A stretch of DNA of 64,000 nucleotides from Saprospiraceae bacterium. Its GTDB lineage: Bacteria; Bacteroidota; Bacteroidia; Chitinophagales; Saprospiraceae. The notes below the pieces were generated by a model. That model worked only from the letters and a program-made list of their open reading frames with translations. It was not told where the DNA came from and did no database searches. The stretch lies in NCBI GenBank assembly GCA_022842725.1, contig JALHOZ010000001.1, positions 149,309 through 213,308 of the forward strand, written 5' to 3'. Below are positions 9,913 to 19,540 of the stretch, in pieces. Each line of letters opens with the position of its first letter. Position 1 is the stretch's first letter. Both the position numbers and the translations under genes were made by a program.

Positions 9913-9954
9913 GCAACTATTTGATTGCAAATATAATAGCAATTATTTGGTTGC
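9913..9954. promoter_or_regulatory. Two tandem imperfect palindromes, candidate ArsR operator
   Basis: GCAACTATTTGATTGC (9913..9928) and GCAATTATTTGGTTGC (9939..9954) match at 14 of 16 positions. Each has GCAA...TTGC dyad ends, they start 26 bp apart, and they lie 13-54 bp upstream of the ArsR start. Confidence 0.4.
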
Positions 9955-9977
9955 GCAAATTATTTAGCATAATTTTT

Positions 9978-10014
9978 AAAAAAAAATCGTCCCGCAAATA
10001 TTACGGGACGATTT
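9978..10014 (-). terminator. Rho-independent terminator of the 10070..10468 gene
   Basis: AAATCGTCCCG (9984..9994) pairs with CGGGACGATTT (10004..10014), an 11-bp perfect stem. On the minus strand it is followed by a T run (the plus-strand A run at 9978..9986). Confidence 0.7.
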
Positions 10015-10069
10015 AACCTTCACGACAGCACAAATTGGTCTTGTATTTTTTGATGAGCTTTACTCAACA

Positions 10070-10468
10070 TTAATATCTGACATCTTCCTTTGTTTTAGTC
10101 TGTTTTTTCATTAAAAAACGTTGACTGGACACATCCCCTTCACTGTCAAATAAATATTGGTTGTCCAAAATCTCATAACCTAAATCCACCATAAAATTCA
10201 GAGCCGCCATCCGGCTGTTAAATTCGACATACATACCATCGTAATACGCCAATCTTCGGTCACTGAAACTTAAAAACCCTCTTTCCTGGCCAAAATCAAT
10301 TTCAAGATAAAATCTTGTGCTTAAGGGTCTGGGACATATAACAGCTTCAATATAAGTAGCCTTTAAATCATTCAAATTTTGTTTTTTGATCCAATAGGAC
10401 AAAGTATCACTGCCTCTGACATTCCAAACAAAAAGCGTCACAAAAAAAAGAGATAAAAACGTTTTCAT
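10070..10468 (-). CDS. Hypothetical small secreted protein
   Basis: 132 aa with a signal-peptide-like N-terminus (MKTFLSLFFVTLFVWNVRG). It has its own terminator. I recognise no family. Confidence 0.5.
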   Translation of the reverse strand: MKTFLSLFFVTLFVWNVRGSDTLSYWIKKQNLNDLKATYIEAVICPRPLSTRFYLEIDFGQERGFLSFSDRRLAYYDGMYVEFNSRMAALNFMVDLGYEILDNQYLFDSEGDVSSQRFLMKKQTKTKEDVRY

Positions 10469-10872
10469 AAACTTTGATTTTAGGTGAATAATATTTTCAC
10501 AAATATGCTTTGATTTTGCTTTTGTTGTCGTTATAACTATGTTAAATTATGTTTTTAAAAACCTAAAAATATAATAATGCAGAAATACCTGAATTTACAA
10601 AAAAAAAGTTTGACACGTACTCATATTTTTAAGGCACTCTGTTAAGAAATCAAAAGCCACTTTTCAACTGTGTCAAAAAATGGTTTTCAAAATGTAGGTA
10701 TCATTATCAATCAGATGACAGACTATATAAAAAAAGGATAAGCCCCGGAAAACGTAATCCTCAGGAAGTTTTGTAATTTATAATATAATCCGGAAAGTCT
10801 GTTCCGGTACTTTTTTATCCTTTAGTGTCTTTTTTTACCAGGCATATATTATTTTTACGCAAATAAAAAGAA

Positions 10873-11514
10873 ATGACAACACTAAATCCAAAAGTTGACC
10901 TTTTTATAGCCGATGGATGTGGCAGATGCGATTATTATGCCACAGATCAATGCAAGGTCAGATTCTGGCAGCCGGAATTGCAACTGGTAAGAGAAATTAT
11001 GCTCGAAACCGGACTGGATGAAGAGATTAAATGGGGTGTTCCGGTGTATTGTTTTCAGGGGAAAAACATAGTCATTACCGGAGCACTAAAAGATTGTGTT
11101 ACATTGGGCTTTTTTAAAGGTGTATTACTCAAAGATCCGTTAAAAGTACTTGAAAAACAAGGTCAAAATGTACAATCAGCCAGAATTTTGAGATTTACGT
11201 CCGTTGATCAAATTTCGAAATTATCAGATACCATAAAAAAATATGTTGAAGAGGCAGTAGCCCTGGAAGAGAGTGGTGCCAAAGTTGAATTTAAAAAAAC
11301 ACCGGAACCCGTTCCTGACGAACTAATTCAAAAATTTGATGAACTTCCGGCTCTGAAATCTGCTTTTTATGCTTTGACACCGGGAAAACAAAGGGGATAT
11401 ATCCTTCATTTTTCCCAACCAAAACAATCGGCATCCAAAATCAGCAGGATTGAAAAATGTATTCCTAAAATCATGAATGGCGAAGGTTTTCATGACGGGT
11501 ACAAGTCCTCTTAA
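10873..11514 (+). CDS. YdeI/OmpD-associated family protein (DUF1801-like N-terminal domain)
   Basis: 213 aa. IKWGVPVYCFQGKNIVITGALKDCVTLGFFKG (DUF1801-like) is followed by LPALKSAFYALTPGKQRGYILHFSQPKQSASKISRIEKCIPKI (YdeI-like). Confidence 0.7.
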   Translation: MTTLNPKVDLFIADGCGRCDYYATDQCKVRFWQPELQLVREIMLETGLDEEIKWGVPVYCFQGKNIVITGALKDCVTLGFFKGVLLKDPLKVLEKQGQNVQSARILRFTSVDQISKLSDTIKKYVEEAVALEESGAKVEFKKTPEPVPDELIQKFDELPALKSAFYALTPGKQRGYILHFSQPKQSASKISRIEKCIPKIMNGEGFHDGYKSS

Positions 11515-11722
11515 ACGATTCTGCCGAAGAAGATATCTATGCTCTACTTATCAGATAGGTGTGTTTGTGTTGTTTTTTTTCATTAATATTGTTTAATGTT
11601 ATTTGTTGGTCACTCCAGATGTAGATGACTTGGGATTTTTGGGTTGAGAAAACATTGATATATTCCTTTTACCGTTTTGACAACTGGAAATACATCAAGG
11701 ATTTTTGATTGAAATAATTTGA

Positions 11723-12271
11723 TCACGAAGGTTTCAATTGATATATATCTTCCAGATTTCGACCGATTCCGTTGTAATCCAAACCGTAGCCCACAACAAA
11801 CTTGTTTGGAATTTCAAAGCCGGGAAAATCAATGGTAATATCATGTAGTAATGCTTCAGGTTTTACCAAAATGGCTGTTAAAGCCAACGAAGCAGGGTTC
11901 ATTTTTTGTAGCTCAGGTAACAAAAATGACATTGAATTACCGGTATCGATAATATCTTCCATAATAATTACATGTCGGTCCTTTATTTCAACATCTTCGG
12001 GCATAAATATCTGAGCTTTTCCGGTACTTTGGGTACCATGATATGACTTTACCCGGATAAACACCAGCTCTGCGGGAAAATCCAGTTTTCTGATCAGATC
12101 GGCAGCAAACATAAACGCACCATTCATAACGACCAAAAACAATGGTACTTTGTCGTGATATTTTTGGGAAATTTCGCCGGCCATTTGACTTACCTTTTCC
12201 TGCAACATGTCAGCCGTAAGGTAAGGCACAAAATGTAGATCTCCGATAGTGATTTCTTTAATGTGTTCCAC
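11723..12271 (-). CDS. hpt: Hypoxanthine phosphoribosyltransferase
   Basis: PRPP-binding motif VIIMEDIIDTGNSM, a KSYHGTQSTG flexible loop and a C-terminal FVVGYGLDYNG motif. Confidence 0.9.
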   Translation of the reverse strand: MEHIKEITIGDLHFVPYLTADMLQEKVSQMAGEISQKYHDKVPLFLVVMNGAFMFAADLIRKLDFPAELVFIRVKSYHGTQSTGKAQIFMPEDVEIKDRHVIIMEDIIDTGNSMSFLLPELQKMNPASLALTAILVKPEALLHDITIDFPGFEIPNKFVVGYGLDYNGIGRNLEDIYQLKPS

Positions 12272-13670
12272 TCTCTGTATTTTGTGTTGTTGAACTACCT
12301 AAACCGTAGGTGTCTAAAAAATATATTAAACTTGTCATGGCCGCCGCTCCCAGTTTTAACTCTCTTTCATGGACGGCATCAATCGTATCAATAGTCGTAT
12401 GATGATAATCAAAATATCGCTGAGAATCCGGTCTTAATCCGATTAACAAACCTTTCTGACTTTTGAGCGGACTGATATCTGCACCACTTCCTCCCATTTC
12501 GAAATATAAACCATAGCCTTCAAATGTCGGAAGAAATTGGCTGACGGCTTTATAATATTTTTTAAAAACTGAAGTATCAGCTTCAAAACTAAAACCTTTT
12601 GGCGTAAAACCGCCGGCATCTGATTCAAGCGCTGCCAAATGGAATTCGCCTTTTTCTTTGGACACACGAGCGTATTCCAGCCCACCGGCCAATCCGTTTT
12701 CTTCATTAGCAAATAATACACATCTGATGGTACGTTTGGGCTTATAATTCATTTTCTGTAAGGTAGAAATGACTTCCATAGCCTGTACACATCCGGATCC
12801 GTCATCATGAGCACCCTGACCAACATCCCAACTGTCAAGATGGCCGCCGACTAATAAAATTTCATCCGGAAACTCACTTCCTCTGATTTCTGCTATCACA
12901 TTATACGTTGGTTTCATCCCAACATCCTTGCAGTTACTGTTCAAATATACGTAAACAGGTGCTTCTGTCAAAGCCTTACTCAGTCGCTCAGCATCTTTGG
13001 TACTTACTGCAAAAGCAGGTATTTTCATCTGTCCGGAATCAAATACGGTCACACCGGTGTGAGGAACATTATCAATGCGCAAAGTCATGGATCTTACCAA
13101 AGCTCCTGCTGCTCCTTTTTTCTGAGCGCGGTTAGGACCGTACACTCTTTGATCAACAGCACCTCCATAAGCCCTGAAAGTATTTACAAAGGACGGATCC
13201 ATAGGTCGGTTAAAAAAAACAATTTTACCTGCTACTTCTTCATCAGGCAATCGTTCCAGTTCATCCAGACTTTTTACTTCGATGACCTGAGCTGTAATTC
13301 CGTTGGGTCCGGTAGCACCTGCTCTGCCCAGACTCAAACCCATTATCGGCGACAAATCACCATCGGGTAGTACCCTGAATATTTGTCCGGTGTCTCCTCT
13401 TTCCCAGTATAATGTCTGGCATTCCTGAAGATATACAGTGTCGGGTAACAAGGTCTCCAATACAGATTTTGTATAGTTTGCAGCTCCTGAATCCGCCGCG
13501 GAACCAGCCAGCCTGCCGGGGTATTGGGTACACAGATTTGTAAGCCATTCGTAACACATGCCCTTGGAAAGGATGTGTTCGTGAATCTTCCGAACCGTCT
13601 CGGCATCATTGTTTTGTGCTATGGAAACAAAAGGGAACAGAAGCAAAAAGGCCAACCTGTAAAATTGCAT
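12258..13670 (-). CDS. M28 family metallo-aminopeptidase (secreted)
   Basis: Signal peptide and a PA-like insert. Zinc-ligand motifs GGHLDSWDVGQGAHDDGSG and FANEENGLAGG are present. The gene overlaps hpt by 14 nt. Confidence 0.85.
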   Translation of the reverse strand: MQFYRLAFLLLFPFVSIAQNNDAETVRKIHEHILSKGMCYEWLTNLCTQYPGRLAGSAADSGAANYTKSVLETLLPDTVYLQECQTLYWERGDTGQIFRVLPDGDLSPIMGLSLGRAGATGPNGITAQVIEVKSLDELERLPDEEVAGKIVFFNRPMDPSFVNTFRAYGGAVDQRVYGPNRAQKKGAAGALVRSMTLRIDNVPHTGVTVFDSGQMKIPAFAVSTKDAERLSKALTEAPVYVYLNSNCKDVGMKPTYNVIAEIRGSEFPDEILLVGGHLDSWDVGQGAHDDGSGCVQAMEVISTLQKMNYKPKRTIRCVLFANEENGLAGGLEYARVSKEKGEFHLAALESDAGGFTPKGFSFEADTSVFKKYYKAVSQFLPTFEGYGLYFEMGGSGADISPLKSQKGLLIGLRPDSQRYFDYHHTTIDTIDAVHERELKLGAAAMTSLIYFLDTYGLGSSTTQNTESGTH

Positions 13671-13739
13671 GGTAATCGATTTTGAGGTGTAAAACTAAAG
13701 ATTTTCAGTTATTTTAGACTCATGAAACACAAAAAACAA

Positions 13740-14669
13740 TTATTCAATGACCTCTTCTTCTATAAAAGCCGGTCTGTTGCGGGTTTCATCATAAATCCGA
13801 AGTACATATTCTCCGATGATCCCAAGTGCTAAAAGTTGAATGCCCCCGAATAAAAATATGGCTATTGCCAGGGTAGTAAATCCCTGTGGAACATCCGGTG
13901 TGGTGATTTTGACATACAATGCATAAAAACTATACAAAACGGCAATGATGACCACCCAAAAACCAAGTGTGGTCAAAATTTTAACAGGTAACTGACTAAA
14001 ACTAAAAATCCCGTTATAAGCGAGTTGAAACAACTTTTTAAATGTATATTTAGGCTCTCCGCCAAATCTGGCATCTCTTTCATATTCATACCCAAACTGG
14101 TTGAATCCGACCCAACTTCGTATACCTCTCAGAAACAAACTTTGTTCCTTCATGCGCAACATATTGTCTACAACAACTTTTTTCATCAAACAAAAATCGC
14201 CACTATCCAAAGGGATTTCAACAGAAGCCATTTTTTTGAGGATTTTGTAATACGATTTATACAAAAATTTCTTAAAAAATCCCTCTTTTCGTTTTTGCCT
14301 TACTCCATAAACGACGTCAAAATTTCCGGATATCATTTTTTGATAGAAGTCATACAACAATTCCGGAGGATCCTGTAAATCTCCGTCTATCATGGCAACG
14401 TAATTTCCTTTTGCGTGAAACAAACCGCACAAAAATGCCTGTTGGTGACCAAAATTTCTTGAAAGAGAAATTATTTTCCACCTTTTGTCTTTTTGATGAA
14501 TTTCTTTTAATAACAGAAGGGTATTATCCTTGCTTCCATCATTTACACAGATGATTTCATAGTTATTTGTCCATACATTTAATGCTTCAGAACAACGATT
14601 AAAAAGTTGTTGAATGTTCTCTTCTTCATTAAACAAAGGAACCACTACAGATATCAAAGGTAAAGACAT
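13740..14669 (-). CDS. Family 2 glycosyltransferase (polyprenyl-phosphate sugar synthase, ArnC/DPM1-like)
   Basis: ISVVVPLFNEEENI, NDGSKDNT and a DXD motif (IDGDLQDPPE), plus two C-terminal TM helices. Confidence 0.85.
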   Translation of the reverse strand: MSLPLISVVVPLFNEEENIQQLFNRCSEALNVWTNNYEIICVNDGSKDNTLLLLKEIHQKDKRWKIISLSRNFGHQQAFLCGLFHAKGNYVAMIDGDLQDPPELLYDFYQKMISGNFDVVYGVRQKRKEGFFKKFLYKSYYKILKKMASVEIPLDSGDFCLMKKVVVDNMLRMKEQSLFLRGIRSWVGFNQFGYEYERDARFGGEPKYTFKKLFQLAYNGIFSFSQLPVKILTTLGFWVVIIAVLYSFYALYVKITTPDVPQGFTTLAIAIFLFGGIQLLALGIIGEYVLRIYDETRNRPAFIEEEVIE

Positions 14670-14671
14670 AA

Positions 14672-16333
14672 TTAATTTTTTCTTTCAAAAAGCAATAAAC
14701 TTTCCTCTTTCATTTTATCAAAAGAGGCGTCTTTGTCCCAGAAATATTCAGCCGTTTGTTGAGGACGGGGATTAGCCACACCAATGAGGTTATAGTTGTT
14801 TTGTAAAAATGGGTTTATCCAGGTAAACAGTTTGCTTTCAGGATTTTTATTAAGCCAGGAATAACCCACTCTGCTGAATACCAAAAATCTGGGTTTGCTT
14901 TTTTCAGCTTTATTGATCAAAACATTCTGCAGAGAGTCATTTTGGCTGCCACCGTCTACAAGCTGGTAGTAATGCATATGTTCTGAAACAGAAGGAAGTT
15001 TGGCATAAAAGAGGATTTGTGGTTCTGATCCCAAAACAAGAATAGAATCTCCGGGTTTACTCATCTTTTGAATCTTTGTTCCCATGATATAACTTTCCTG
15101 AAACGGATTGGTGCCGTATACTCTCCTCAGAATGTTTTGTTTTTTTTCTGAAAAGTAGTAGTTTTTTAACGGTGAAAATGCCATAAACAAAGGAATCATT
15201 GCCAATACTGCCACAACGCCAAAAGCACCGTTTTTATAAACACCTGCCTTGTTTATCCAATATCCTAATGTGTACATTGTCAAGCCGAAACCCAGACAAA
15301 CAGCCGGTAAAAATACTACAAAATAATGAGGATAATAATGAAAGCCAATCGAAAGAGATAAAAATCCAAATATGGTCAACAAAGCGGGAAACACCTTTTC
15401 GTACACAGACATATTTGAAAACCAAATTGCTATTACACCCGCAAGGCCGAGGTACCAAACAACTTCAATGTCCCTACTCACCATATTGTACATCATCGTA
15501 AATATCTCCATGTTTCCCGTTTGGGTTGCAGCAAATTGACTCGGCCAGACATATGTCCAATACCAAAAATTGTCTAAGGCTCCGGTCATCCAAAACCAAA
15601 GAAGGCAAACCAAATACGGCAAAACAGCAAAAAACGTAAGGACAGCTCCGGATTTTAACCAATAAACCCATCGGGGTTTAGGATATAATGCTATAAAACT
15701 AACCATAAAACCAGCCAGCAACATAAATCCGAGGGCTTGTTGTTTTACCAAAAATGCTAATCCAAGTAATAATCCTGCCAAAGCCATTTTTTTCATATTT
15801 TCCTGAACGACAGCTTCTCTGGACAACCAAATCCCTGCTATAGCCGGCCAAATCAACAATTGGGTTGCATGAGCTGCAAATCCGAAAACATTGGATGATG
15901 AGGAAAGTAATACAAAAGACAAGGCGGCCAAAAGGGCAATACCACTATTGTAATATTTGCGCAAAAACCAGAAAAAAGTTATGGCAAAACCTATATTAAA
16001 TAATAGAAGTCCCGAGTGTATCCCGGCGGGACTTTCTCCGAATAAAAAAGCAAAAACACCATATAATATATAAATCATCGGAGGTTTTACGTCCACATAA
16101 TCTGTAAACAATGGAGTACCATGAATCAAGGAATAACCCATGTACGCAAAACCACCTTCATCCCTTTCAAAAGGAATATCCAATAACCGTGAACGTAAGA
16201 TTAAAGCAAAAACGACCAGCAAAACCAATGAAAACCATAAAAATGTTTTTCCTTTCAGGAAGGTTGATATATCAAATTCTTCTTGTTTGATTGTTGCAAC
16301 TGAAGCCGGACTTTTTGGTGATTTTTTTGACAT
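14672..16333 (-). CDS. GT-C fold membrane glycosyltransferase (ArnT/PMT, GT39/83-like)
   Basis: 553 aa with more than 10 TM helices. The first loop carries an acidic motif (FERDEGGFAYMGY). It lies immediately downstream of the GT2 gene (2-nt gap), the classic ArnC/ArnT pairing. Confidence 0.65.
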   Translation of the reverse strand: MSKKSPKSPASVATIKQEEFDISTFLKGKTFLWFSLVLLVVFALILRSRLLDIPFERDEGGFAYMGYSLIHGTPLFTDYVDVKPPMIYILYGVFAFLFGESPAGIHSGLLLFNIGFAITFFWFLRKYYNSGIALLAALSFVLLSSSSNVFGFAAHATQLLIWPAIAGIWLSREAVVQENMKKMALAGLLLGLAFLVKQQALGFMLLAGFMVSFIALYPKPRWVYWLKSGAVLTFFAVLPYLVCLLWFWMTGALDNFWYWTYVWPSQFAATQTGNMEIFTMMYNMVSRDIEVVWYLGLAGVIAIWFSNMSVYEKVFPALLTIFGFLSLSIGFHYYPHYFVVFLPAVCLGFGLTMYTLGYWINKAGVYKNGAFGVVAVLAMIPLFMAFSPLKNYYFSEKKQNILRRVYGTNPFQESYIMGTKIQKMSKPGDSILVLGSEPQILFYAKLPSVSEHMHYYQLVDGGSQNDSLQNVLINKAEKSKPRFLVFSRVGYSWLNKNPESKLFTWINPFLQNNYNLIGVANPRPQQTAEYFWDKDASFDKMKEESLLLFERKN

Positions 16334-16439
16334 GAACCTATGATTTACCGCAAATATAATTTTTTATACAAATATATAATCAAAGAGTAATGAATAACTT
16401 CATTCAGAATCTGATCTGTTCATTTGACGTTTACAAAAA

Positions 16440-18722
16440 TCAGAATTCAAAACGGTATCCAAGGACTGGGACCAAACCAAGTTGAGTTGTTCTGTTTACT
16501 TTTTTGAGAAAATTATCATAATATAAAAATCCGTCATTTTTTCGGTTAGATACATTTTGAATGTCAAGAGAAAAACGATGTTGCCTTTTGGCACCACCCT
16601 TTTTGGTATAAACAATCCTTATATCGGATCTTCCGTAAGGATTTTGACGATTTGTAAGTCCGCCGCTGAAATCGTACAACAGAATATTAGGATTTGTGGA
16701 TAACGGATAGTCGCGAAGACCTTGTCTGCCATGAAAAAGAAACCCAAAATTCCATTCATAACTTTTTCGTTGTATCAACAAATATGCCGCAAAACTTCCT
16801 GTCCAACCGATATCGTTTTTGGCAGGCAGCCATTGATTATTCTGATTTTGAAACTCACTGATTACGTATCCAACATTTCCGGTGATTTCGAGAATATTAT
16901 TACCTAAAGAAAAAGATTGTAGTACCCAGAGATCACCTCCATAGGTTCTGGCGTCATTATTGGCCCCAATAGAATAATCAAATATATCTGTTCCGAAATC
17001 CAAACCATTAAAGGAAGAAATCAGGTTATTTTCTTTGTTAAGTAAGGCTGTATTATTTAGTATTTTGTAGTAATAACTACTCAATTTCCATGAAAAGGAT
17101 TTTGTGTTTCTGCCAAGAGATATTTCAGAAGCACGTGTTTTTAGATGAATAAAAGAAACATTAAAAAAGTCTAATGGTATCAACTGATCTGAAAATCTGT
17201 GTTGCAAACGCACATAAGATGTTTTAGAGATCTTTTTTTCTATGGTTGCCGAATAGTTTGGCGTATGATATTCTTTTGAAGAATTTGGTATTACAGAATG
17301 GAGCCCGGCACCTGCCTGAAAACTCCAGGAGGACCAGTTTTTTGAAAAATCAACATACGGATATATTTTGGTATTACTTAGGTCATAGGTACTTGTATTG
17401 CTCTCTTCCAAATATGGCTGATGGTGATAATTTGCACGCAAACCGAAAGTCAGTTGTGCGTTTTTTAACGATTTGGTATAAAAAAAGTGTGATGACAATA
17501 AGCCGGAAATAATTTTGGTATTGATAAATCTGTTTGGAAAAAGATTATTGTACAACGAGTCTAAAAATTCTCTGTGGTTGTCTCTTCTTGAAGAAAAATT
17601 AAGCGAAAAAGATATGATTTGATTGTTTTTTAAGGTTTTTTTGCCATGTAAACCCATGATTGCCAACCGACTGCTGTAGTTGATATTCTTAAAATCCTTT
17701 TCTGTAAATTTTTCTTCTTCCAATGGTAAAGCGTTGTGGTTATTGCTGCTTTGCCCGTAGATCAAAAAGCCTTTTAAAAAGAAATTTTGTTTTTTAATGA
17801 TATCTGTAAAAAAGGTAAAGTCCTGGTAATTGATTGATTCATTCCCGAAAGGCACTCCGAGTTTTTCGAGGAGGCCAACAAAACTGTATCGGGCTGTTGC
17901 ATACGTATATTTGTTTTTCCGTTTTGTGCAAATGCCGGTTTCTGCACCGATTAAACTCATGTCGAGATAGTTGGTGAGTTTTGGTGCCAGCTGGATATTT
18001 GAAACACCGGCCAAGGTATTCGCCAGATTAATATTTGAAGGGTTGGGTGAAAACGTATAATTTCCGATGACAGATGCAGAAAGTGCCGTCACTCCACCGG
18101 AATTTAAGCTTGCGACGTCTCCTCTGTTTCCGGCAGTGGTCAGATGATTGGGATTGACAATTTCTGCATCAAAAATCTGCCATTGCGTTCCGTATCCGGG
18201 GAGACCGCGAAAAAAAAAGGCGTTGGTTCCGTCATTATCTGTACTCAGTCCCGGAAAGTGCAACATAACTCTGGAAGGATCCTGAAAAGAACCTGCCATC
18301 GTTTTGTATTGTGATCTTGTCATGGTAATATTGCCATCAAAATCTGCCAATTGAGAAGATGCAGTGACAGTGAGAGAATCAAGTTGAACATCCATATCCT
18401 TTTGAAGATAAATCAATAAAGGATCTTTAGATTGAATGGTATTCCAATAAAATATATTTAATGGCGTATACCCTGTGGCAAAAACATAAATTTCCAGTTT
18501 TCCATATCCAAGGCTGTCCAAAAACACTTCACCATTCACATTATTTTCAAAAGTGAAATTATTTTTGTCCGGTGTAGTGATTGTAATGACCGCCTGATCA
18601 ACCGGATGTCCATCCATATCCAAAATTCTGGCTGTAAATTTCTGACTGTTGCCCCAAAAAGGATTTAAAAACAGAAAACACAACACTAAAACTTTAGTTA
18701 TTGCCGACACTTTCAGATTCAT
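16440..18722 (-). CDS. TonB-dependent receptor-like outer-membrane beta-barrel with CarboxypepD_reg N-terminal domain
   Basis: Signal peptide, a carboxypeptidase-regulatory-like domain (FTARILDMDGHPVDQAVITI) and a plug-like segment (DPSRVMLHFPGLSTDNDGTNAFFFRGL). The last residue is aromatic (RFEF). Confidence 0.7.
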   Translation of the reverse strand: MNLKVSAITKVLVLCFLFLNPFWGNSQKFTARILDMDGHPVDQAVITITTPDKNNFTFENNVNGEVFLDSLGYGKLEIYVFATGYTPLNIFYWNTIQSKDPLLIYLQKDMDVQLDSLTVTASSQLADFDGNITMTRSQYKTMAGSFQDPSRVMLHFPGLSTDNDGTNAFFFRGLPGYGTQWQIFDAEIVNPNHLTTAGNRGDVASLNSGGVTALSASVIGNYTFSPNPSNINLANTLAGVSNIQLAPKLTNYLDMSLIGAETGICTKRKNKYTYATARYSFVGLLEKLGVPFGNESINYQDFTFFTDIIKKQNFFLKGFLIYGQSSNNHNALPLEEEKFTEKDFKNINYSSRLAIMGLHGKKTLKNNQIISFSLNFSSRRDNHREFLDSLYNNLFPNRFINTKIISGLLSSHFFYTKSLKNAQLTFGLRANYHHQPYLEESNTSTYDLSNTKIYPYVDFSKNWSSWSFQAGAGLHSVIPNSSKEYHTPNYSATIEKKISKTSYVRLQHRFSDQLIPLDFFNVSFIHLKTRASEISLGRNTKSFSWKLSSYYYKILNNTALLNKENNLISSFNGLDFGTDIFDYSIGANNDARTYGGDLWVLQSFSLGNNILEITGNVGYVISEFQNQNNQWLPAKNDIGWTGSFAAYLLIQRKSYEWNFGFLFHGRQGLRDYPLSTNPNILLYDFSGGLTNRQNPYGRSDIRIVYTKKGGAKRQHRFSLDIQNVSNRKNDGFLYYDNFLKKVNRTTQLGLVPVLGYRFEF

Positions 18723-19023
18723 ATATATTCAATTGAAAAACAAAAGTAGCTAAATAATATTTGTAATTCAAAAGGAATATATACATATGTGTAGGTTCAT
18801 CAAAAAACCGGAAAAATTTACATACCGGAAAGCCAAAAAAATTGCCCAAAACTTCATTTTAAGCTAACACAAATAGTTTTTACACCTTCAAGGACAGGTA
18901 GCATAAAATGATTCAACAATATAATCTTGGTCAGTATAATCTTAGTCCAACAGGCAACATATGTCATAAACCCGTTATGACCATAAGTTACAAATCCCGG
19001 ATCCCGGATTTTTTAAACCAGGT

Positions 19024-19077
19024 AGTCTGATATATACAAGTCAATCTCTAAGACTGACTTGTATATAAGATCAGACT
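19024..19077 (-). terminator. Long composite hairpin 12 nt downstream of the tail-less ssb paralogue
   Basis: TATATACAAGTCA (19031..19043) pairs with TGACTTGTATATA (19055..19067), a perfect 13-bp stem. This is extended by AGTCTGA (19024..19030) pairing with TCAGACT (19071..19077) across a 3-nt bulge. There is no clear U tract. Confidence 0.5.
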
Positions 19078-19088
19078 TCTTCTCTGCA

Positions 19089-19448
19089 TCAGGCTTCGGC
19101 AACTTGTTTTTCGAATTTTTCCAGCAAATTGAACTGGGTAGCTACAATCTCAAAAATGTATCGGTTGTTACCGCTTTTGTCGACGTATTTCCGGTTGACA
19201 ATTTTGCCTTCAATACCTACTTCGCTGCCTTTTTTCAGCATTTCTTCCATGGATTCGGCGGTTTTTCCCCAGGCTACTATCGTAAACCATGAGGTTTCTT
19301 TTTTAGTTTCTCCACTTGACATCGTGTAGCTGCTGTTGACAGCCAGCGAAAAAGAAGCTTTTTTATTGCCCTTTCCGAATTCCATAATCTGGACATCATT
19401 TCCCAAATGTCCAACCAATTGTACCTGATTTTTTTGATACTCTTTCAT
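19089..19448 (-). CDS. Single-stranded DNA-binding protein paralogue lacking the acidic C-terminal tip
   Basis: OB-fold signature (VQLVGHLGNDVQ ... TSWFTIVAWGKTAESMEEMLKKGSEVGIEGKIVNRKYVDKSGNNRYIFEIVA). It ends ...LLEKFEKQVAEA with no D-(I/L)-P-F tip. Confidence 0.8.
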   Translation of the reverse strand: MKEYQKNQVQLVGHLGNDVQIMEFGKGNKKASFSLAVNSSYTMSSGETKKETSWFTIVAWGKTAESMEEMLKKGSEVGIEGKIVNRKYVDKSGNNRYIFEIVATQFNLLEKFEKQVAEA

Positions 19449-19540
19449 AATACGTTGTTTTTAAAAATGATTAATTATCTCTGTTATATCTCCAATTTTA
19501 AATAGCCGGTTTTTTGACTCATTTATGCTGTATTACCAAA

